Assembly: GCA_043772945.1 (NCBI GenBank)
Contig: JAYVFR010000021.1
Coordinates: 5,900-69,899, forward strand
Origin: Minisyncoccota bacterium
GTDB lineage: Bacteria; Patescibacteriota; JACMRA01
Length of the DNA: 64,000 bases
Direction of reading: 5' to 3'
This document shows positions 49,048 to 55,711 of the stretch, one piece after another (within the stretch, counting starts at the first letter, position 1; the number at the start of each line of letters is the position of its first letter). The notes below the pieces were generated by a model that saw only the letters and a list, made by a program, of their open reading frames with translations, was not told the DNA's origin and made no database searches. Made by a program: the position numbers and the translations under genes.

Positions 49048-49455
49048 ATGTTTTCTAAAGAACTTGTCTATCCAGCTTTTGCAACAATAATTGCCATAAT
49101 CATCTATCTTTTCCAGTCAAAAAATGTAGCAAAAGGCAGGCTTAAATATAATGTCCTAGCTCCAAAAACTATGGGTCATAATGATAATTTTGATCGTATT
49201 TTTAGAGTTCATCTAAACACGCTTGAGCAGATGCCAATTTTTCTGTCGTTGTTGTGGCTCTTTGCATTAACTGTGAGCCCTTTCTATTCTTTTATGTTGG
49301 GTGTGGCGTGGTCAATTGGTCGCATTGCTTATTCAATTGGATATTACAAATCAGCCGAAGGGCGGCATAACCTAGTTGGTTATCTATCTGATTTATCTAG
49401 TTTTATTTTATTATTTGGATCGATAATAGGGTGTGTTATAATATTTTTTAAGTAA
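49048..49455 (+). CDS. MAPEG family membrane protein
   Basis: 135 aa with 3-4 TM helices and an RVHLNTLEQMPIFL motif. Confidence 0.6.
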   Translation: MFSKELVYPAFATIIAIIIYLFQSKNVAKGRLKYNVLAPKTMGHNDNFDRIFRVHLNTLEQMPIFLSLLWLFALTVSPFYSFMLGVAWSIGRIAYSIGYYKSAEGRHNLVGYLSDLSSFILLFGSIIGCVIIFFK

Positions 49456-49476
49456 TAAATCAGTAAATACTTACTT

Positions 49477-50001
49477 ATGAAATCATATTTAAAAAATCGT
49501 TTTTTAGCCGGTCTGATTGATTTTACCTTGATTGCCTTATATATTGTGATATTATTTGGTATTGCTTTGGCTTTTTATAATTTTGCGTTACACGAAATAC
49601 CTGTATTTACCTTTTTTGAAGCTCATAGTATTGGGTTTGTTACATTAGTTCTGCCTGTTATATTGTACTCTACCTTTTTTGAATTTAGTCATTATCAAGG
49701 GTCTGTAGGTAAGCAAATTAGAGGATTAAAGATAGTTTCAGATAATTATAAGTTTCTCACCTTACAGCAAGTGATTTTAAGAAATATTATTAAATTTGCC
49801 CAATGGGAATATGCTCATATTTTAATTTATATTATATATTTTGTACCGAATGCTATGAATTCTCAATGGTCGCTTTTTGGCTTAGTTATTGCTAATATTG
49901 TACCAGTTTGCTATTTGGGATTTATAGTATTTGGCAAAGATAACAAGGCTCCATATGATTTACTATCAAGAACTAGGGTAGTTGAGAAGCATCTAAATTG
50001 A
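49477..50001 (+). CDS. RDD family membrane protein
   Basis: RFLAGLIDFTLIALY start and C-terminal PYDLLSRTRVV. Confidence 0.7.
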   Translation: MKSYLKNRFLAGLIDFTLIALYIVILFGIALAFYNFALHEIPVFTFFEAHSIGFVTLVLPVILYSTFFEFSHYQGSVGKQIRGLKIVSDNYKFLTLQQVILRNIIKFAQWEYAHILIYIIYFVPNAMNSQWSLFGLVIANIVPVCYLGFIVFGKDNKAPYDLLSRTRVVEKHLN

Positions 50002-50207
50002 AATTGAAATAGTTTTTGAGGCGTGATTTATTTTGAAATTACTTTAGATTTTGTTGGAGTTTTTGCCTCTTCTAGCGCCAATTCTCGTTCTCCTGATTTT
50101 TGGATATGCTTTGCAAATTCGGTTTAAATAGGTCAAACCCCTGACTAGCAAGCTATAGTCAAGACGTTTATCTAGGAAATAGTTTTTTTAGTACTAAAAT
50201 TTTAATA

Positions 50208-50564
50208 CTAAATAATTACATACAATTCCATCAATTCGCTTGTTTCTAAGCAAAATTTATCCATGTTAATTAGGCTATCTTCAAGGATAATTCCTTCTTT
50301 TTCGAGGAGGTTTATTTGAGCACTTCCCATCAAACCAAGTTTAAGCGTTGAAATTGCTCCAGTTTTAGCCACTACTCTATGCCAGTAACAATCCTCAAAA
50401 TTTTTGTTTCTTTTCATTCCAGACATCATCCAACCTACTACTTGTGCCCGCAGAAAAATGTTGTGTTTAGTAAACAGTACTTCCGATATTTGTCCGTAAT
50501 ATATGACTTTACTTTTCGGGACTATCTGGATTATATTATAAATTAATTCTGTTGTGCTTGTCAT
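50208..50564 (-). CDS. alkyltransferase-like (ATL) protein: MGMT DNA-binding domain with Trp in place of the catalytic Cys
   Basis: IVPKSKVIYYGQISEVL helix-turn-helix region. YWHRVV sits where MGMT has PCHRVV. ATG 50564 is preferred over the track start. Confidence 0.7.
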   Translation of the reverse strand: MTSTTELIYNIIQIVPKSKVIYYGQISEVLFTKHNIFLRAQVVGWMMSGMKRNKNFEDCYWHRVVAKTGAISTLKLGLMGSAQINLLEKEGIILEDSLINMDKFCLETSELMELYVII

Positions 50565-50607
50565 GTTAAAAAATATAAACAAAAAAATATAAATTAACAA
50601 TGAACGC

Positions 50608-52248
50608 TTAGACTAAAAAAACTCCATCTTGCCATTCTATTTGAATTTTTAAATCTCTGTTAAGGTCTTTTTTGTGAGTTATAGTTTTACTATTTTGCGA
50701 GATAACTGCATAGCCTTGTTTTAAAATGTTGCGATAATCTAGAGAATTAATCTTTAAATCTGTAATTTCTAATTGGTTTTTTGCATTTATTAGTTGTTTA
50801 TTTATTAATTGAGTAGTTTCATTCCAAATTGTATTTTTTTGGTTCCTAAAGTTTTGGATAATTTTTTTGATTTCAAAAGTTATAAATTGTTGGTTATTAT
50901 TTAACTTAAATTTTAATTGTATCAAATAATTTTCAAGGTAAATTTTAATATTTGCAAGAACTTGTTTTTGGTAATGAATTAGATTTTGGGCTTGGGTATT
51001 AATAATATAATTAAGTTTGTTTAAATAAATTCTAGCTTGATTAATCCTTTGGTTTATTATTGTAACCGATTGATAAAGATTATTATTATTAATCGCGATT
51101 ATTTCAAGTTCAGAAAGGCTCGTAATCATGGCAGCATTGCTTGGGGTGGATGCTCGTTTGTCGGCAACTAGTTCAGCTAAAGTTGTGTCTTGCTCATGAC
51201 CAATAGCTACAATCGTAGGTCGATTTAAGGTTTTAATAGCTCGGACAATCTGTTCACTATTAAATAGCATTAAATCATCTTTACCACCACCACCTCGAGT
51301 TATAATTATAGTATCTATTTGGTTCTTGATAGTAATATCGTTTACTAGCGAGAGTTTTTCTAATAATAATCCTTCGGCCGATTGACCTTGGGTTTTAATT
51401 GGAAGGTGATAAATTACAATACCATTTCTTTGTTGTCTCAGCACTTTAATATAGTCACCAATTGCAGCTCCTTGAGAACTAGCGATTAATAACACTTTCT
51501 GAGGGACTTGTTTTAAAGTTCTTTTTAAGGATTGATCAAATAACCCTTCTTTTTCTAATTTTTCTTTCAATAATTTTAAGTTTCGCTCCAATTCACCCTC
51601 ACCTGTTAATGTAATTTTAGAAACAGAGAAATTTAAACTACTACGTTTATTAATTGTAAATTTACCAGTAACTAAAATGTTTAAACCATCATTAAGAGGG
51701 AAGTTTAATCGGCTAGCAAGGCTTGTTGGAATATACCCGTAAAGTAGTTGACCACTATTTGGATCTTTGAGCACGAAATAAATTAAAGTGTTATAAAACT
51801 TTACATCATTTAATTCAGCTTCAATAGTATATTGTTTATCTCCAATTTGGTTTTTGATTAGCTTGCAAATTTCATCAACACTATAAATTTCTAACTCTTC
51901 TAATTCATTTCCATTAGCTTGGTTAATTGTTCTGTCAATTTTATCGAGGCAGTTAGTTAAGTTTAAAAAAGTTTCTCTATCAACTTCTTTATTTTGCCAA
52001 GAGATAATTTCTTCTTTGTATGAATTATCAATAAGCAATTTCAAACCCTTAGAGACCTTTCGTCTGATTGCTTTTGAGCTTGAGTGTTGTAGCTGAATTA
52101 AATTTTGGACAAATTCTTTTTGTTTACGCGTAAAAATAAAATCAATTTGCGGATTTAGGATTGTAGTTTTAGCCCTTGGATCTAGGAAGCTGTTTGGGGA
52201 GGAAAGAGTTGGGGTTATTGCTTCCTTGTTAAAAAATAAATCAGACAT
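50608..52248 (-). CDS. xseA: exodeoxyribonuclease VII large subunit with a roughly 115-aa N-terminal extension
   Basis: OB-fold region, ITRGGGGKDDLMLFNSEQIVRAI, IVAIGHEQDTTLAELVADKRASTPSNAA and a long coiled-coil C-terminus. Confidence 0.85.
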   Translation of the reverse strand: MSDLFFNKEAITPTLSSPNSFLDPRAKTTILNPQIDFIFTRKQKEFVQNLIQLQHSSSKAIRRKVSKGLKLLIDNSYKEEIISWQNKEVDRETFLNLTNCLDKIDRTINQANGNELEELEIYSVDEICKLIKNQIGDKQYTIEAELNDVKFYNTLIYFVLKDPNSGQLLYGYIPTSLASRLNFPLNDGLNILVTGKFTINKRSSLNFSVSKITLTGEGELERNLKLLKEKLEKEGLFDQSLKRTLKQVPQKVLLIASSQGAAIGDYIKVLRQQRNGIVIYHLPIKTQGQSAEGLLLEKLSLVNDITIKNQIDTIIITRGGGGKDDLMLFNSEQIVRAIKTLNRPTIVAIGHEQDTTLAELVADKRASTPSNAAMITSLSELEIIAINNNNLYQSVTIINQRINQARIYLNKLNYIINTQAQNLIHYQKQVLANIKIYLENYLIQLKFKLNNNQQFITFEIKKIIQNFRNQKNTIWNETTQLINKQLINAKNQLEITDLKINSLDYRNILKQGYAVISQNSKTITHKKDLNRDLKIQIEWQDGVFLV

Positions 52249-52403
52249 ATTTTACGAATGAAAGTTAACCCTAGAGAGATTTTCTTTAACACATTTGTCA
52301 ATTTATAACAAAGCTAGTTTATAATTAGTCAAAGCCATAATTATTTATTAGAATTGAAAAATCGCTAGATAATCCCCCTCTTTATTCTCTCGGTCCTAAA
52401 TAA

Positions 52404-52493
52404 TTATTTAAAATAAAACAGGTTATACATAGCTAGAGTTAGTCCATTTTCTCCAATTGCTTTAAAATTTTTGATTGTGATTGAGTTGAGCAT
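52404..52493 (-). pseudogene. 29-codon remnant of an AAA/ABC-like (AAA_15/OLD/RecF-like) ATPase N-terminus
   Basis: MLNSITIKNFKAIGENGLTL is the typical xxIxIxNFKxI start of such ATPases. The reading frame then runs into dispersed-repeat copy 1 (..AMYNLFYFK*). Confidence 0.45.
52421..52434 (+). repeat. dispersed repeat copy 1 (GGTTATACATAGCT)
   Basis: Core shared with the copies listed below. Forms the 3' boundary of the ATPase remnant. Confidence 0.7.
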
Positions 52494-52623
52494 ATTTTTT
52501 ATTAGTTTCTTTCAGCTATTAAACCTCTATTATTTAGGTAATCGTATTTTATTTGAGTTTTATTAAACATATTCATTCAACCAATTACTAACTTAACAAC
52601 TCGTCAAAACAGTTTTAAAAGTT

Positions 52624-53166
52624 TCAAACTAATTGCAGTATAGAATTGAAAGTTTTTAGCTTTTTTTTTAGTTCTTTAAAATTAGGAGAGTTTTTATGAA
52701 CAATATCCCAAAATTTGGCTGAGTGGTTTTTTTCTTTAATGTGGGCAAGTTCATGAATAATTACGTATTCTAACAGTTCAGTTGGTAGGAGAGATAATCT
52801 CCAATTTATTGATATAGTGTTCTTCTGTGTGCAACTTCCCCAGTGCATTCGGGCTGATGAAAGTCTAATATTTTTAAATTCAAGTTGCATTTTTTCAGAC
52901 CAGTGCTTTACTTTTGTAATTATTAAAATTTTTGCAAGTTTTTTTTGTTTTAGGATATCTAAATTCTCTAGATTTAAGCTTTTTACTAATTCTCGGGATT
53001 GGCTTATTTGGCTTAGTTTCTTTTGTATCCAAAGATTTTTTGATTGTACAAAATCTAAAATATACTTCTCTGAGGCATTTTTTGGTGCTCTGATTAAAAC
53101 TTCTCCTTCCCTAGTTATCATTAATCCAAGCGATTGACGTTTAGTTCGTTGTATTTGAATGTTCAT
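52624..53166 (-). CDS. DUF45/YgjP-like M48-family metal-dependent hydrolase
   Basis: LLEYVIIHELAHIKEKNHSAKFW. The size and N-terminal pattern match YgjP-type proteins, which often sit in type I R-M loci. Confidence 0.8.
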   Translation of the reverse strand: MNIQIQRTKRQSLGLMITREGEVLIRAPKNASEKYILDFVQSKNLWIQKKLSQISQSRELVKSLNLENLDILKQKKLAKILIITKVKHWSEKMQLEFKNIRLSSARMHWGSCTQKNTISINWRLSLLPTELLEYVIIHELAHIKEKNHSAKFWDIVHKNSPNFKELKKKLKTFNSILQLV

Positions 53167-53438
53167 TATTTTTTAAGTATATTTAGTCAATTAAACACGT
53201 ACATGGTAGTTTGTCAAAGTATAATATACTACTATATAAAAACCTCTAATGATGAACAAAAGAGGTGGCGTGTTTTATGAAAACAAAACTTATGCCAGAT
53301 CTTTTATTGTTAGGGAAGAAAGTATTAAAATAATCTATTTGAAAATCATATTATTTAATTAGGTAGGAATCAGGTTTATTTACCCTTGTATAGTTACATT
53401 ATTTAAGTTTAGAATTTTATTTTTGACCAGACGTTTTA

Positions 53439-53462
53439 ATTAGACCAAGCATTAGACCAAGC
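53439..53462. repeat. tandem duplication ATTAGACCAAGC x2
   Basis: Exact 12-mer repeated head to tail. Confidence 0.9.
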
Positions 53463-53473
53463 TTAATAGTATA

Positions 53474-54239
53474 ATGTCTGATTCATTTCCAGTTCCAAAA
53501 AATTTTGGAGAGCCAAGTAAAACAAAAGTTGTTAACTTTGAGAAACCTTTAACTGGCGAGGAGCTACACAGTTCAAAAGTTTTAGAAGAAACTCTTCCCC
53601 CTGAAAAAGTAAGAGAAATTCATGTAACACTAAGCGAGAGACTGGAAGCGTTAAATTTTTTTAGAACTAATTTGGGTTTAACACAAATTTCTTTACCTAA
53701 AATTGTTTGGGAGAACATTGAAACTGTTGCTTGTGTTGAATTTTCAAATAGCGGTAGCGTTCTCAAACTAATCCAAAGAGGTTTTTAGAAATACCAAAAA
53801 AAGAAGCAGCTTATTTACTAACTCATGAACTTGTACATTTATCTGACAAAAACAGAGTTTTTAAAAACCAAAAATATTATAGGAATATGTCAGGTATGAG
53901 ATTTGGTAATTTAAAATGGAAGTAATTCCAAATACAAGAAACGATTTGAATGAGGCTTTAACTGAGTTTTTGACTGATATTATTACTCATCAATCTGTTG
54001 GAAGTGAGATTCCACGAAAAAGGTATGGTTACCAAGAATGGAGAATGAAAATTCATAATTTTTATAACAATCTAAATCCTTCTTTTCAACACGCTTTCTT
54101 AATAGCTGTAATTGAATCGAAGCAAGTTTTAGGATCTGTATCACCGCTTTATAAATTTATGTGTGAGTATAATATTAAAAGTAGTAAAAAAAGCCCAAAG
54201 ATTTTAGATATTTTTAATTTGAAAGCTTTTGAGATTTAA
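53474..54239 (+). pseudogene. putative gluzincin-type metalloprotease gene broken by two frameshifts
   Basis: Three consecutive frames read through: ...VLKLIQRGF / EIPKKEAAYLLTHELVHLSDKN...GMRFGNLKWK* (the shift falls within the last few codons) / MEVIPNTRNDLNEALTEF... This gives HExxH plus a downstream NEALTE. The shifts lie near 53785 (in a GGTTTTT run) and near 53915. Confidence 0.5.
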
Positions 54240-54250
54240 ATTTATTAAAC

Positions 54251-54265
54251 AGATTATACATAGTT
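54251..54265 (+). repeat. dispersed repeat copy 2 (AGATTATACATAGTT)
   Basis: Core TTATACATAG, preceded by an AT-rich AAATTTATTAAAC tract like copies 1, 3 and 4. Confidence 0.65.
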
Positions 54266-54364
54266 AAACTAAAACAAAAATACTCAGATTTAAAGTTTTC
54301 TCGGGGATTTTAGACTTTTTTTCATATTTTTAGCTTAAAATACTCTCAGATCAAATAAATATTT

Positions 54365-54379
54365 AGATTATACATAGTA
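54365..54379 (+). repeat. dispersed repeat copy 3 (AGATTATACATAGTA)
   Basis: Core TTATACATAG, 114 bp after copy 2. Confidence 0.65.
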
Positions 54380-54444
54380 TAAAAATAAGGTATATAGGTA
54401 AAAAAATCATTAAAAAAACAAGTTAATTAGAAGTGAGAAAATTA

Positions 54445-54466
54445 ATTCTATTCTAATTCTATTCTA
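54445..54466. repeat. tandem duplication ATTCTATTCTA x2
   Basis: Exact 11-mer repeated head to tail. Confidence 0.9.
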
Positions 54467-54560
54467 AAAACTTGTTGAGGTTTATTCACAAACTAGTTAC
54501 GCATTGGATTGTTTAAAAATGGATGTATTTTAAAATACTCAATTTATATAGCTCAACAAT

Positions 54561-54588
54561 AATTAGATTTATTTAATTAGATTTATTG
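54561..54588. repeat. tandem duplication AATTAGATTTATT(T/G) x2
   Basis: 14-bp unit, 13/14 identical. Confidence 0.85.
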
Positions 54589-54969
54589 CTAAGTTAAGTT
54601 TTCCTAATCTCTCTAGCACAATGATTGGTGAGAGCACCAAAATTGCTAAAATGATGTATTGGTTAGCGATTCCAATTAATGTTTTTTTCATACCAGTTTG
54701 CGGAATAAAGGAACCACCGTTCTCAATAGAAATAAAAGATTACTGGTACAATCAAAAAAATGAAAGGGCTGTGTAGCAATGTTACTAGAGCTTTTTGACT
54801 TTTAGTTTTAACATTATCAACAGACAAATTAAATAAATGTCCTCCATTTAGAATTAAAAGAAAATATATGTAAAAAAAACCAGCTAAAAAATGACTGGAA
54901 AAGTTAGGTTAAATCTAAACTAAGTTAGTTTTGAATTTACAAATAATTTAACATATTAAACCCATATTT

Positions 54970-54995
54970 TTCAAACGTATTATTCAAACGTATTA
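54970..54995. repeat. tandem duplication TTCAAACGTATTA x2
   Basis: Exact 13-mer repeated head to tail. Confidence 0.9.
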
Positions 54996-55466
54996 AAGTC
55001 GCGGCTGTCTGTTGTAAAGTCATCATGAACATATCTTTTAATAATTTCATCAGTCTATATATCATTCTCTACTTCAATCACGATAATTTGCTCTTCTAAT
55101 TGGTAGGTAATATTTTGAAAATTAAAGCTTTCTGTTGAATTGCTATCTTTTTTTTTTAATAAAAAGACTTTTTTATTTATATAACAAAAACCATCTATTA
55201 CCAATTGGTCTGGTCCTTGAAACTCTCTCTTTAAACTTTTGTCTTTTAGTTTTTCAAGAAGTGGAGTTTTACAAGTAACGGGTTTATTTCTTCCTGAGAT
55301 TAGTTTTTCTTTTTTTTAGTTTCATTTGTTTCTAGTGTTGAATTCATACAGAATAAATTGTGAGGTAAATTCACATAATTACTTCGGCATATATTTTAAT
55401 CAAAAATAGATATTACTATCGGTCCAAGAACGAATTATAAGAATTAAATATTTAATGAATAAAATA

Positions 55467-55489
55467 GGTTATACATAGTTTCATAGTTT
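55467..55489 (+). repeat. dispersed repeat copy 4 (GGTTATACATAGTTTCATAGTTT)
   Basis: Shares GTTATACnnAGTTTCATAG with the reverse complement of 56801-56823. Confidence 0.8.
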
Positions 55490-55540
55490 AACTATTTATT
55501 TACTCTATTGTGCTAGATCTTTTTTTGAGTATTTTACTTT

Positions 55541-55569
55541 CCCCAGTTTTAAGGTTATACATAGTTTCA
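55541..55569 (+). repeat. dispersed repeat copy 5 (CCCCAGTTTTAAGGTTATACATAGTTTCA)
   Basis: 26/29 identical to the reverse complement of 57136-57164. Confidence 0.85.
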
Positions 55570-55711
55570 TAATTTTTTATTTTATTGTTGCTTTTTTTAA
55601 TTCTCAATATTAGTTGAATATCATTTATTGTAAGATTTTATAAAAACAAATTTTAGCTAATTTTAAAAAAATATTGTCAATTACTAGATAGTTTAATAAC
55701 TCTATTATTCT

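Noticed and set aside
52398-52434. Chromosomal dif site or DnaA-box cluster (oriC), because TTATACATA resembles TTATNCACA and copy 1 can be written ATTTAAAATAA-AACAGG-TTATACATAGC
   Set aside because: Only copy 1 has a plausible XerD-like arm. The other copies lack it. There is no dnaA or dnaN nearby and no gene-orientation switch. The match is easily produced by AT-rich sequence. It is kept only as a minor alternative under the repeat finding.
54240-55711. Possible CRISPR array, because of recurring short repeats in ORF-free DNA
   Set aside because: The repeat spacing is irregular (114, 1102 and 86 bp). The repeats are only 12-29 bp with variable flanks. There are no uniform spacers and no cas genes in the window.
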